The notes under the pieces were generated by a model, which worked only from the letters and a program-made list of their open reading frames with translations, made no database searches and was not told the DNA's origin. Position numbers and translations under genes: made by a program. A stretch of DNA of 64,000 nucleotides from Caulobacteraceae bacterium (lineage in GTDB: Bacteria > Pseudomonadota > Alphaproteobacteria > Caulobacterales > Caulobacteraceae), in contig CANJLH010000005.1 in assembly GCA_947475415.1 (NCBI GenBank), positions 78,292 to 142,291 of the forward strand, in the 5' to 3' direction. This document shows positions 10,357 to 20,047 of the stretch, piece by piece. Numbering within the stretch: the stretch's first letter is position 1; every line of letters starts with the position of its first letter.

Positions 10357-11870
10357 GCCACCTCAACGACAGAGTGAGGGATGTGCTTGCCGACAAGGCC
10401 CACGAACGCGCGATTCAATTCAAGGGTCAGTGGCGGACCTGGGCCGACGTCGAACGTCAAGTGCAGGCCGTCGAGGCTGAACTAGACGTGTTTGGGCTAG
10501 GCGAATGGGCGCCGGTCGGATGTGTGTTGCGCAATTCACCCGAACACGTCACCGCGATGATCGGGCTGGTCTCGAGTAGCCGGTGTCTCGTGACGCTCAA
10601 CGCATTGCTGCCGGATGAAAAGCTCAGTGCGGACGTTCGCGCCATGCGGCCACCTGTGTTGATCGCTGCGGCCCAGGACTGGGCCCGGGAGGACCTGCGC
10701 AAGGCGGTCGCCGAGATCGGCGCGGTGGGTCTGTCGCTCACCGACGATCTAACGCGCCCCGTCGAGAGGGTCACCGGCTTGGCGACGCTTGGCCAAGGAC
10801 CACACCTGCAGACGCAGGCGGGCGTCGCCATTCTAATGCTGACTTCGGGCACCACCGGTCCGCCCAAGCGCGTCCCGCTGCGCCATGCGGTGATCGAACG
10901 CCAACTCATCGAGGCTGTGAGCGGCGCGCGGCATAACGGCGGCCAGGACGCTAATACGCCGCGGGAGGGCGCCGCGATCTTGCATGGTTCCCTGGTGCAT
11001 ATCGGCGGCGTCTGGGGCGTGATGGGCGCGGCGATGGCCGGGCGGGCCATCTGCCTGTTGGAAAAATTCACCGTGCCTGCGTGGCGCGAAGCCATGGCCG
11101 AGCACAAACCCCAGGCGCTGGGCGCGCCGCCGGCGGCCCTACGGATGATCCTTGACGCCGACATTCCGCGCGAGGAGATGGCAAGCCTGAAGACCATCGG
11201 GGTGGGGACCGCCGGTTGCGATCCGGTGATCGTCGATGAATTTCTGGATCGCTACGGCCTGCCAGTCCTCGCCAACTATGGTGCGACGGAATTCGCGGGC
11301 GCGGTAGCGAGTTGGCCATTGCAGGCGTTCATGACCCGCTGGAAGGAAAAGCGCGGTGCAGTCGGCCGGGTGCATGGCAACAATGAAGCCCGCGTCGTCG
11401 ATCCCGACACCGGCGAGATCCTCCCCTTCGGATCGGAAGGGATTTTGGAACTCAAGGGCTACGCCGTCAGCCCTGAAGGGGCTTGGGTGCGCACCAGTGA
11501 CCGCGCAGTGCTGGACGAGGACCGGTTCCTGTGGATCAAGGGGCGCGCCGACAATGCAATCAATCGCGGCGGATTCAAGGTCCAGCCTGACGATGTCGTC
11601 AAGGTGCTGAACGAGCACCCGGCGGTTTTCGAGGCCGCCGTGGTCGGCATTACCGATCGGCGCCTTGGCCAGATTCCAGTTGCGGCGATCATGCTGAAGG
11701 CAGGCGTCGAGCCGCCGCCGCAGGGTGAACTGGACGCTCTCGTTCGCTCGCGGTTGATGGCCTATTGCGCGCCGGTGGCATACCGGTTTGTCGACGATTT
11801 GCCGCGCACGCCGTCTATGAAAGTCTCGACGCCCGCAGTGCGGGAATTGTTCGCGGATCGCGAGAACTGA
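10353..11870 (+). CDS. AMP-dependent acyl-CoA synthetase/ligase family protein
   Basis: LTSGTTGPPKRV, the NYGATE region and C-terminal PSMKVS. A 4-bp overlap with the upstream ligase suggests translational coupling. Confidence 0.85.
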   Translation: MSHLNDRVRDVLADKAHERAIQFKGQWRTWADVERQVQAVEAELDVFGLGEWAPVGCVLRNSPEHVTAMIGLVSSSRCLVTLNALLPDEKLSADVRAMRPPVLIAAAQDWAREDLRKAVAEIGAVGLSLTDDLTRPVERVTGLATLGQGPHLQTQAGVAILMLTSGTTGPPKRVPLRHAVIERQLIEAVSGARHNGGQDANTPREGAAILHGSLVHIGGVWGVMGAAMAGRAICLLEKFTVPAWREAMAEHKPQALGAPPAALRMILDADIPREEMASLKTIGVGTAGCDPVIVDEFLDRYGLPVLANYGATEFAGAVASWPLQAFMTRWKEKRGAVGRVHGNNEARVVDPDTGEILPFGSEGILELKGYAVSPEGAWVRTSDRAVLDEDRFLWIKGRADNAINRGGFKVQPDDVVKVLNEHPAVFEAAVVGITDRRLGQIPVAAIMLKAGVEPPPQGELDALVRSRLMAYCAPVAYRFVDDLPRTPSMKVSTPAVRELFADREN

Positions 11871-11872
11871 GG

Positions 11873-12724
11873 ATGGAAGCGCCACGGATCGTCTGCGACA
11901 GCCTGGTTTTCGGTGAAGCGCCACGCTGGAAGGACGGTCGGCTGTGGTTTTCGGACATGCATGGCGAATGGGTCTGCGCCGTGACCCCTGAGGGCGATCT
12001 GGAGAAGATACTGCACGTGCCGCGGCATCCTTCGGGATTGGGCTTCATGCCAGATGGATCGCTGCTTGTGGTTTCGATGGAGGATCGCAAGGTTCTGCGG
12101 CTGAAGGACGGTAAGGTCAGCGTCCACGCCGACCTGGAGGGGCATTACGCCCGCGGTCACCTAAACGACATGAGCGTTGATGACAGCGGTCGCGCTTATG
12201 TCGGTCAGTTCGGTTCGGACACCTATGGGGGCGAGCCTCAACAGGCCACAACCCTGATCCTCATCGAAGCAGACGGGAGCCATCGCGCGGTGGCCGATGG
12301 CCTGAGAATGCCCAATGGAATGGCGATCTCACCCTCGGGTGATTTCCTGTACGTTGCCGAGAGTTCCGGACAGCGCATCACACGGTTCCGCATCGCTGAC
12401 GACGGATCGCTCGGCGCTCGAGAAGTCTACGCTCACCTTGAGGTGAGGCCCGACGGCATGTGCCTGGACGCCGAGGGCTGCGTGTGGTTCGGCGCGGCGA
12501 TGTATCCGCAAGGGGGAATATTCAGGGTCGCCCCGGGGGGCGCGGTGCTTGAAACAATCCGGGACGATGGCTGGCGCGGCATCGCCTGCGCATTGGGCGG
12601 GGAAGGGCGAAACACCCTTTTCCTGATCGAGGCGCAGCGGATCGCGCCCGGCAAGATCGGCGGGCCGGGCAACAGCCGAATTCGCGCTGTAGGCGCGCCC
12701 GCCCCAGGTGCGGGCCCCCCATGA
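11873..12724 (+). CDS. SMP-30/gluconolactonase/LRE-like (lactonase-family beta-propeller) protein
   Basis: Starts MEAPRIVCDSLVFGEAPRWKDGRLWFSDM, typical of the SMP-30/gluconolactonase family. It is the internal start of ORF 11765..12724. Confidence 0.7.
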   Translation: MEAPRIVCDSLVFGEAPRWKDGRLWFSDMHGEWVCAVTPEGDLEKILHVPRHPSGLGFMPDGSLLVVSMEDRKVLRLKDGKVSVHADLEGHYARGHLNDMSVDDSGRAYVGQFGSDTYGGEPQQATTLILIEADGSHRAVADGLRMPNGMAISPSGDFLYVAESSGQRITRFRIADDGSLGAREVYAHLEVRPDGMCLDAEGCVWFGAAMYPQGGIFRVAPGGAVLETIRDDGWRGIACALGGEGRNTLFLIEAQRIAPGKIGGPGNSRIRAVGAPAPGAGPP

Positions 12725-13761
12725 CCGCCAAGCTCAAATTCGGCCTGGGCTACGACTTTCGCCGACCGCCAGGCGATGGCCGCGCCATGGCCGACATTTA
12801 CGCTGAGACCCTCGACCTGATCGTCTACGCCGAAGATCTGGGCTTCGACTACGTCATGTTGACCGAGCATCACTTCGTCGAGGACGGATATTCGCCATCA
12901 GTGGCGCCGATCGCCGCCGCGATTGCGGCCCGCACCAAGAAGATCCGCATTACCAGCTATGTGGCCTTGTTGCCGTTTCACAATCCGCTGCGCCTAGCCG
13001 AGGACATCGCGGTCGCCGACCTGATCTCCAACGGACGCGTAGAACTGGGCGTGGGCGCTGGATACCGCAAAGCGGAATTTGACGGCTTCAATATCGACCG
13101 TGCCGAGCGTGGCAGCCGCATGGACGAGGGCTGCGAAGTGATGCTCAAGGCCTGGACCGAGGAAAACTGGTCCTTTCATGGCAGGCACTGGACCTTCAAC
13201 AATATCACCATGCACCCCAAGGCGGTGCAGCAACCGCACCCGCGCCTGTGGATAAGCGGCCGGGCGCCGGCCCCGGCGAGGCGGGCGGGGCGGTTCAAGG
13301 CGCCATTGCAATTGCCGCCCATGCCGGACATCGGTCCCGAAGCAGAGCAGGCGAGTTACGCGGCCTATTGTGAGGCGCTGTGGGCGCAAGGCGCGGACCC
13401 AGCGGATTATCCGGTGATGGGCATGTTCGGCGCTGTCGTGACTGACAACCTGTCCGCGGTCGCGGCGCGCATGAGCGACGCAGTGCGATGGCGCCGCGAG
13501 CTCTATGCAGCCTGGTTCACCGAAGTCATGGACCTGGCCTTCGACGCCGAGAAGCATGGGAAGCCTTCGGCGGAAATCCGCGAACTGTCAGGAGCGGCGG
13601 GTGATCCGGAGGCGGTCATCCGGGGCCTGGAGCACTATGTCGGACGTGGCGTACCCTATAGCCACATCGCCATTGGGGGTTTGCACGAGCGATTCGAGGA
13701 AGGCGGCCGTAATCCTCAGATGGAGAATTTCATCCGCTACGTGGCGCCCCACTTCCGCTGA
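12721..13761 (+). CDS. LLM-class (luciferase-like) flavin-dependent monooxygenase/oxidoreductase
   Basis: Bacterial-luciferase-like TIM barrel (LGFDYVMLTEHHF, ELGVGAGY). It overlaps the lactonase-family gene by 4 bp. Confidence 0.85.
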   Translation: MTAKLKFGLGYDFRRPPGDGRAMADIYAETLDLIVYAEDLGFDYVMLTEHHFVEDGYSPSVAPIAAAIAARTKKIRITSYVALLPFHNPLRLAEDIAVADLISNGRVELGVGAGYRKAEFDGFNIDRAERGSRMDEGCEVMLKAWTEENWSFHGRHWTFNNITMHPKAVQQPHPRLWISGRAPAPARRAGRFKAPLQLPPMPDIGPEAEQASYAAYCEALWAQGADPADYPVMGMFGAVVTDNLSAVAARMSDAVRWRRELYAAWFTEVMDLAFDAEKHGKPSAEIRELSGAAGDPEAVIRGLEHYVGRGVPYSHIAIGGLHERFEEGGRNPQMENFIRYVAPHFR

Positions 13762-13776
13762 TCCGCCAGCGTCGAA

Positions 13777-14772
13777 TCAGGCGCCGACTTTGTCGTCCAC
13801 CAGGGCCTTGTCGAGGCGGTTGCGGACGATGTCGATAGCATTGCCGATAATCCGGTCGATCAGGACCTGGACGGTTGGGATGTCCTGGATGTGGACTTGG
13901 GACATGGAAGCCCACCACATGCCGCCCTCGACATCGCCGCTGGCAAGCGCCTCGCGCCCGCGCTCGCCGGCGACCAGGTGGCGGATGTCCCTGAACTTGG
14001 CGCCTTCCCTTTCCAGCCGAACCACCTCGTCACTGATGGAGTTCTTCGCAACCCGGGCGGTGTTGTGCATGGTGCGAAAGACAAGGTTGGTTGAGCGTTC
14101 GTCATTTCTGACCATCGCTTCCTTGAAATTTTGATGGAGCGGCGCCTCCACCGTGGCGCAGAAGCGCGTGGCCATGTTGACGCCGTCGGCGCCCAGGGCC
14201 ATCGCCGCCACCAGGCCGCGACCGTCGCCAATGCCGCCTGAAGCGATCATTGGAATCTTCAACTGATTGGCAGCGGCCGGAATCAGGATCAGGCCGGGGA
14301 TGTCGTCTTCCCCCGGATGGCCCGCGCATTCGAAACCGTCGATGGAAATCACGTCCACGCCGGCGCGCTCAGCCGACAGGGCGTGGCGGACCGCGGTGCA
14401 TTTGTGGATCACTTTGACGCCGGCGGCCTTGAAGGCCGCCCAGTACTCCTTGGGACTGACGCCGGCGGCGGTCTCGACGATCTTGACGTCGTTGGCGATG
14501 ATCACGTCGCGGTAGAGTTCGTAGGGCGGTGAATTGATCGTCGGAAAGATGGTCATGTTCACGCCGAACGGCTTGTCCGTCAGGCTTTTGACTTTCTTGA
14601 TTTCGGCGTCGAGTAACTCCGGCGATCCGGGTGTCAGGGCGGTGATGATCCCAAGCCCGCCGGCGTTGGAGACAGCCGCCGCCAACTCGGCGCGGCCGAC
14701 TCCGGCCATGCCTCCCATGACGATGGGGTGGCGGATGCCGAACAATTCAGTGATGCGGGTCTTGAACGCCAC
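13777..14772 (-). CDS. Nitronate monooxygenase (NMO / 2-nitropropane dioxygenase) family FMN enzyme
   Basis: IRHPIVMGGMAGVG...GGIGDGRG is the FMN-binding TIM-barrel signature of the NMO family. Confidence 0.85.
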   Translation of the reverse strand: MAFKTRITELFGIRHPIVMGGMAGVGRAELAAAVSNAGGLGIITALTPGSPELLDAEIKKVKSLTDKPFGVNMTIFPTINSPPYELYRDVIIANDVKIVETAAGVSPKEYWAAFKAAGVKVIHKCTAVRHALSAERAGVDVISIDGFECAGHPGEDDIPGLILIPAAANQLKIPMIASGGIGDGRGLVAAMALGADGVNMATRFCATVEAPLHQNFKEAMVRNDERSTNLVFRTMHNTARVAKNSISDEVVRLEREGAKFRDIRHLVAGERGREALASGDVEGGMWWASMSQVHIQDIPTVQVLIDRIIGNAIDIVRNRLDKALVDDKVGA

Positions 14773-14840
14773 GAGAGGCTCCTGCTCAGTCGAATTCGAT
14801 GCCGCGGTGTCTGACGATGCGCGCGTATTGTCCAGGCGGA

Positions 14841-15599
14841 CTATTTCTTCAGGAAACTGGAGAGGGGCGCGACCTCGCCGGAGTTGCGCCGCGGACGCTT
14901 ATAGGCGCTCTCGAAGGCGAGCCCCTCATCCAGGCCGGTGTTCAGGGAGCCGCGATAAAGCATCTTGTAACCGGATATGGAGTGCGGCTGCATGACGCAG
15001 ATCTCGCCCGCCAGCTCCAGGACCCTGGCCTCCAGGTTGTCGCCTGGCACATGTTCCAGGATCAGGCCGATCCGCTCGGCTTCCGCAGGGCCAATGCGCT
15101 TGGCGGTGAAGGACATGGCGCGAGCCCGCTGCACGCCGATCCGACGCGACAATCTCTGGGACAGCCCCCAGCCTGAGGTGAGGCCCAGCTTTGCGTGGGT
15201 GTCGGAAAACAGGGCGTCATCGCCGGCCAGTATGAAGTCGCAGCCCAGGGCCAGCTCAAGTCCGCCGGTGAAGCAGTAGCCGCGCACCATGGCGATGGTC
15301 GCCTGGGGCATTGTTTCCAGTAGCTTGATCAGCTCCCGGGCCTGTTCGCTGAACTTGCGGTGCACGTCTCGGTTATAATCCGGAGACGACGCGGCTTTCA
15401 GATCGACCCCGGCGCTGAAGGCTCGGCCGGCGCCGGTGAAGATCAACACCCGTAGGTCGCTTTCGGCGATCCCCTTTAGAGTGGACAGCGTTTCGTCGAT
15501 CAGGGTTGGCGATAGCGCATTCAGCAGTTCCGGTCGATTGAGCGTGATGCGACCGATATCGCCCTCACGCTCATAACGGATGGTCGTCAAATCGGTCAT
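14841..15599 (-). CDS. Enoyl-CoA hydratase/isomerase (crotonase family)
   Basis: IGRITLNRPELLNAL and AFSAGVDLK motifs. Confidence 0.85.
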   Translation of the reverse strand: MTDLTTIRYEREGDIGRITLNRPELLNALSPTLIDETLSTLKGIAESDLRVLIFTGAGRAFSAGVDLKAASSPDYNRDVHRKFSEQARELIKLLETMPQATIAMVRGYCFTGGLELALGCDFILAGDDALFSDTHAKLGLTSGWGLSQRLSRRIGVQRARAMSFTAKRIGPAEAERIGLILEHVPGDNLEARVLELAGEICVMQPHSISGYKMLYRGSLNTGLDEGLAFESAYKRPRRNSGEVAPLSSFLKK

Positions 15600-15618
15600 C
15601 AGGATTCCTGCCGGTGAT

Positions 15619-16104
15619 CTAGATTCGGCCCAAGGCCTTCAGGCGTTCCTTGTGGACGCCAAGTTGGCTCTCGAACAGGCTGTTTTCCGCCATCCAGTCG
15701 AGGGCCACCTTGCGATGCTCGATGTACCACTGGCCGTCCTCCTTGCGCATCTGGTCAGTGTAGAACCCCATGTGGTCGGCGCCGATGTCGGTGTAGACCA
15801 GGAAATAGCTCTTTCCCTCGGCGGTGTCCGGCCCGGTGAGTTCGTAGCGCGACGTGGTCAAGTTGTGGCGCACGAAGTTAGGGCGCCTGGTGGATGTCGA
15901 TGGCGGCGGACCGCCATCCCGCGCGCCGCCGCTCAGGCCCGCCACGATGGCTTCCCGGCCGACCATGCGGCCGGTAGGGGTTTCCAGAACGCCGTCGGGG
16001 AGGAATGTCTCTGACAGCGCCGTCACCCGCATGCGATCGCCGGCCAGATTGTAAGCCGCGAGCGTGCGCTGGATGGCGACGTATTCGAGGTTGTCGTCGG
16101 ACAT
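15619..16104 (-). CDS. SnoaL-like / NTF2-fold protein
   Basis: 161 aa of small alpha+beta cone-fold type. The assignment is weaker than for the neighbouring genes. Confidence 0.5.
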   Translation of the reverse strand: MSDDNLEYVAIQRTLAAYNLAGDRMRVTALSETFLPDGVLETPTGRMVGREAIVAGLSGGARDGGPPPSTSTRRPNFVRHNLTTSRYELTGPDTAEGKSYFLVYTDIGADHMGFYTDQMRKEDGQWYIEHRKVALDWMAENSLFESQLGVHKERLKALGRI

Positions 16105-16117
16105 GGTTGGGACTCCT

Positions 16118-17032
16118 TCAGGCTGACGCCGTTTGCGGTGTCGAGGGCGGCGCGCGGTCGAGCGAGGTGAAATTGTCCTTCATTGCCGGAAATACCTCCG
16201 AGAGGATCGTGCCTACGCTCCAGGCGTCCTTGGCGATCAGGGTCTGGATCGGCCGGGGCTGATTGTAAAGTTGCAGCTCCTCGGCCCGGGCGCCGAAGAT
16301 CTGGCCGGTGACATCCTTGGCTGCGCAAAGGGCGACGGCGAGGCGGGCGGGTTGCTCGGGCCGCAGCGCCTGCTTGATGACCTCCAGCTGGGCGGCGCGG
16401 GCCTCGTCCTTGATCGGGATCGTGGCGATCAGCCGGGTCCAGGCGGTCGGTGCGATAACATTTGAGCGCACATTGCGGTTTGCGCCCTCCATCGCCAGCA
16501 CGCGCGACAAGCCCACCACCCCCATCTTGGCGGCGGCGTAATTGGTCTGGCCGATGTTGCCGTAGAGCCCGGAGGTCGAGGTGAACAGCACATAGGCGCC
16601 GTCCTGCTGGTCGCGGAAATGCTCAATGGTGGCGCGACAGACGTTGTATGCGCCGCGCAGGTGGACATCGAGAACTACCTCCCAGTCCTCGTCGGGCAGC
16701 TTGTGGAACATGGCGTCGCGCAGGATGCCGGCTGGATTGACGACGGCATGCAGGCCGCCGAAGGTGTCCATCGCCTGCTCGAACATGCCCTTGGCCGAGC
16801 GCATGGAGGTGACACTTTCCGAGTTGGCGACCGCCTCGCCGCCTTGCGCCTTGATCTCATTGACCACCGCCTGGGCTGGACCTGGTGAACCCTCATCACC
16901 GCCGCGCTCACCGCCGCCCAGGTCATTGACCACCACCTTGGCGCCCTCGCGCGCTGCGATCAGCGCGGCGTCGCGGCCGATGCCGTTGCCGCCGCCGGTG
17001 ACCAGCACCACCTTGCCGTCAAGAGCTCCCAC
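16118..17032 (-). CDS. SDR-family (3R)-hydroxyacyl-CoA dehydrogenase, MFE-2 / Hsd4A N-terminal-domain type
   Basis: GKVVLVTGGGNGIGRDAA...VVVNDLGG...GEAVANSESV is the 17beta-HSD4 / MFE-2 dehydrogenase-domain signature. Confidence 0.85.
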   Translation of the reverse strand: MGALDGKVVLVTGGGNGIGRDAALIAAREGAKVVVNDLGGGERGGDEGSPGPAQAVVNEIKAQGGEAVANSESVTSMRSAKGMFEQAMDTFGGLHAVVNPAGILRDAMFHKLPDEDWEVVLDVHLRGAYNVCRATIEHFRDQQDGAYVLFTSTSGLYGNIGQTNYAAAKMGVVGLSRVLAMEGANRNVRSNVIAPTAWTRLIATIPIKDEARAAQLEVIKQALRPEQPARLAVALCAAKDVTGQIFGARAEELQLYNQPRPIQTLIAKDAWSVGTILSEVFPAMKDNFTSLDRAPPSTPQTASA

Positions 17033-17158
17033 GCGCGTTTTCTCCCTGGCAGGTTGTCAGATCGCTGCGGGTTATGGAGCCGGGGAGAAGTCGAGGTCAA
17101 CCGCGCGACTGGACGCGGCCATACCGACTTGCGAACTTGATGATGTCCAAGACCGGAG

Positions 17159-18199
17159 ATGGCCATGCAGCTCGCCACTGAGATATCCCAGCTCCAGCGC
17201 CGCTATGAAATTCCCCACGAGAAAATCCGACTGGTCGACCGTATCGGTTACGACGTCGTCTTCACCTCGGAGAATACCGGGTCGGACATCTTCACGCCGC
17301 TTGGCTACGTGCTGGCCATGACAGAACGGATCGGGGTGGGGGCCTCGATAGCCGTGACGGCGGCGCGGTCGCCGGCCTGCACGGCCAACTCCTTTATGAC
17401 GCTGCACTATATGGGCAAGGGGCGCACGGTGCTGGCGGGCATCGGCAATTCAAGCCCAACCCGCGCGGAGGGGTTTCACGGCTTTCCGTGGGGCCGGCCC
17501 CAGGCGCGATTGCGGGACTACACAGCCATCATGCGCAAGGTGTTCGAAGCCGACTTTCCGCTGCGGTATCATGGCCGGGACATGTCGGTGCCCTACGCCG
17601 GGCCGGGCGCCTTGGGCCGGGAGTCCATGTCGGGGTTGCTGGACCCTGTGCCCGACATCCCGATCCTGCTCGGCACAGGCGCGCCCAAGATGGTTGAGAT
17701 GACCGCCGAAATCGCGGAAGGCTGGCTGTCGCTGGGCTTCGCGCCGGGGATGATGGACGTCTATCGTCCGATGCTGGAAGCGGGCTTCGCAAGGGCGAAG
17801 AAGCCCAAGTCCCTCAAGGATTTCCAGATCTGGAGCCACGTAGACGTGCTGGTTTCCAATGATATCCGGGAAGCCATGAAGCCCTTCAAGCTGTTCACCG
17901 CCAACATGGTTGGCGGCTTCAAACAGCTGGGCAAGGACGTCTACAAGGATCAGATGGTCTGGCGGGGGTATCCGGAGGCCGCTGAGCGAGTCCAGGACCT
18001 ATATCTCGCCGGCCGTATCGAGGAAGCCGCCGCCGCGGTGCCTGACGAGTACATCGACGACGGCTGGCTAATCGGCGACATCCCGCGTATCGCCGAGCGC
18101 GCTAAGCGCTGGGTCGGCGCTGGCCCCACTGGCCTGGTCATCCGTTGCGACAACCTGGATGTCTTCGAGCCCATCAAGCGGGCGATCGACGGACTGTGA
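17159..18199 (+). CDS. LLM-class (luciferase-like) flavin or deazaflavin-dependent oxidoreductase
   Basis: Luciferase-like fold (VFTSENTG...IGVGASIAV...). Confidence 0.8.
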   Translation: MAMQLATEISQLQRRYEIPHEKIRLVDRIGYDVVFTSENTGSDIFTPLGYVLAMTERIGVGASIAVTAARSPACTANSFMTLHYMGKGRTVLAGIGNSSPTRAEGFHGFPWGRPQARLRDYTAIMRKVFEADFPLRYHGRDMSVPYAGPGALGRESMSGLLDPVPDIPILLGTGAPKMVEMTAEIAEGWLSLGFAPGMMDVYRPMLEAGFARAKKPKSLKDFQIWSHVDVLVSNDIREAMKPFKLFTANMVGGFKQLGKDVYKDQMVWRGYPEAAERVQDLYLAGRIEEAAAAVPDEYIDDGWLIGDIPRIAERAKRWVGAGPTGLVIRCDNLDVFEPIKRAIDGL

Positions 18200-18202
18200 C
18201 CG

Positions 18203-19096
18203 TCAGACCGCCACCTTCGGACCCAAGTCGCGGGTCTTATCGATCACCTCGTCGCCGAAGCGCATGAGCTCGTCACGCAGGGCCGGAATGGTCTTGGCGT
18301 GGGGGGCGATGGTCAGGCGGTGGACGCCCTGATCTGCGAACCACTTGGCCTTCTCCGGTGAGCGGGTGCCGCCGGAGGTGATCTCAATGGCGTCGGGATT
18401 GCGGCCGGCCTCGATGGCCGCCGCGCGGACGATGGCCAGTTGCTTGGGCAGGTCCTCATAGATTCGCTCGGTGGGGAAGATGGCCGGGAAATAGCCGTCG
18501 CCGATCTTGCCGGCGCGGCGGCAGGCGGCGTCGGAGTTGCCGCCGATGACGATCGGCACCGCCCCACCGGGGGGCTTGGGGTCGGAATAGATCGGCTGGA
18601 ATTTGACGAACTCGCCATCATAGCTGGCCACCGGTTCCTTCCAGAGCAGGCGCATGGCCTCGATATATTCATCCAGGCGCTTGCCGCGATTGGGCCAGGA
18701 GACACCCAGGGCGTCATACTCCTCCTTGCACCATCCGGCGCCGACGCCGAGCTGCAGGCGGCCCTTGGAGAGCATATGAAGGGTCGCCGCTTCCTTGGCG
18801 GTGTGCAGAGGACTGCGCTCGGTGAGCAGCATCACGCCGGTGCAGAACTTTATGCGGTTGGTGCGGGCCGCGACGAAGGCGAACCAGATCAAGGGGTCCG
18901 GCACGCCGCTGCGCTCCAGCTGGTCCATCTTCCCGGTTTTCGAAGCTTCGTACTGCGGGACGTACTCGACGGGGATGACGATGTGTTCCGGCGCGCATAG
19001 GACGTCGAAACCGGCCTCCTCCGCGATCTCGCCAAGAGCGGCGGCCTCGTCGGGGCCCGGGAAGATGGTGGATGAGAAAACGGTTCCCCATTTCAT
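18203..19096 (-). CDS. LLM-class (luciferase-like) flavin or deazaflavin-dependent oxidoreductase
   Basis: GFDVLCAPEHIVIP, GVGAGW and GDGYF resemble F420-dependent LLM family members. Confidence 0.8.
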   Translation of the reverse strand: MKWGTVFSSTIFPGPDEAAALGEIAEEAGFDVLCAPEHIVIPVEYVPQYEASKTGKMDQLERSGVPDPLIWFAFVAARTNRIKFCTGVMLLTERSPLHTAKEAATLHMLSKGRLQLGVGAGWCKEEYDALGVSWPNRGKRLDEYIEAMRLLWKEPVASYDGEFVKFQPIYSDPKPPGGAVPIVIGGNSDAACRRAGKIGDGYFPAIFPTERIYEDLPKQLAIVRAAAIEAGRNPDAIEITSGGTRSPEKAKWFADQGVHRLTIAPHAKTIPALRDELMRFGDEVIDKTRDLGPKVAV

Positions 19097-19106
19097 TTGA
19101 GTGCTC

Positions 19107-19877
19107 CTACTTCAGGCCGAAACGCTGGGCGCCGTCGATGCGGATGACCGTTCCATTGAGGTAGTCGTTTTCGCAGATCTGCATGGCCAGCTGGGCGTAT
19201 TCGTCGGGCAGGCCCATGCGCTTTGGATTGGGCACTGTGGGACCCCACTTGGCCTGAATCTCATCGGGGTCGCCGCGGTAGGCCAGGGTCAGGAAGGTGC
19301 CCGGCGCAATGCACATCACCCGGATGCCCAGGGGCGCCAGATCGCGCGCGGCAGTGAGCGTAAAGCCGATCACGCCCCCCTTGGCTGCGGAATAGTCGGA
19401 CTGTCCGACCTGGCCCTCAAAACCAGCGATGGAGGCGGTAGAGATGACCACCCCGCGTTGTCCTGAATCCAAGGGTTCTGTCTGGGCCATGGCCTCAGCG
19501 CAGAGGCTCATGACGTTGTAGGTCGCGTTCAGGAAGATATCGACGGTCTTCTTGAAGGTTTCATAGGGGTAGCGCTTGCCGTCGCGGCCGATAATCCGCG
19601 CCCCCGCCGATCCGCCGCCGTGGACAATGATGTTCACGCGCAGCGGACCCATTTCGCTGGCAACGTTGACCGCATTGCGCACTGAATCTTCATCGAGGAC
19701 GTTGGTCTCCACGTAGCGCGAGCCGCCGCCCAACTCTTTCGCCAGGGCCTCGCCCCGTTCGCCCGCGAGATCAGCGATCACCACCTTTGCGCCCGCCGCG
19801 TGCAGGCGGCGTACACAAGCAGCACCAAAGCCGCCCGCCCCGCCGGTTACCAGCGCCGATGCATTCCTCAGGTCCAT
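19107..19877 (-). CDS. SDR-family 3-hydroxyacyl-CoA dehydrogenase (HSD17B10-like)
   Basis: ASALVTGGAGGFGAA cofactor-binding motif and a YxxxK catalytic region. The start is taken at MDLRNAS inside ORF 19107..19907. Confidence 0.85.
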   Translation of the reverse strand: MDLRNASALVTGGAGGFGAACVRRLHAAGAKVVIADLAGERGEALAKELGGGSRYVETNVLDEDSVRNAVNVASEMGPLRVNIIVHGGGSAGARIIGRDGKRYPYETFKKTVDIFLNATYNVMSLCAEAMAQTEPLDSGQRGVVISTASIAGFEGQVGQSDYSAAKGGVIGFTLTAARDLAPLGIRVMCIAPGTFLTLAYRGDPDEIQAKWGPTVPNPKRMGLPDEYAQLAMQICENDYLNGTVIRIDGAQRFGLK

Positions 19878-20047
19878 GGTATCCTCCACATCGATCCTTG
19901 CATCCAATGCTATCGGGCGACGGCGGCGCTTGGAAGCTCTGGCGTCCTTTGGACTCTGAGTTTACAGAAAACAGTTCCGAGATCAGGGGCGGGTTCGATC
20001 GCCCTTTCAACCAAGCCATTGCCGTTCAACAAATCTGCGAGAACCTC

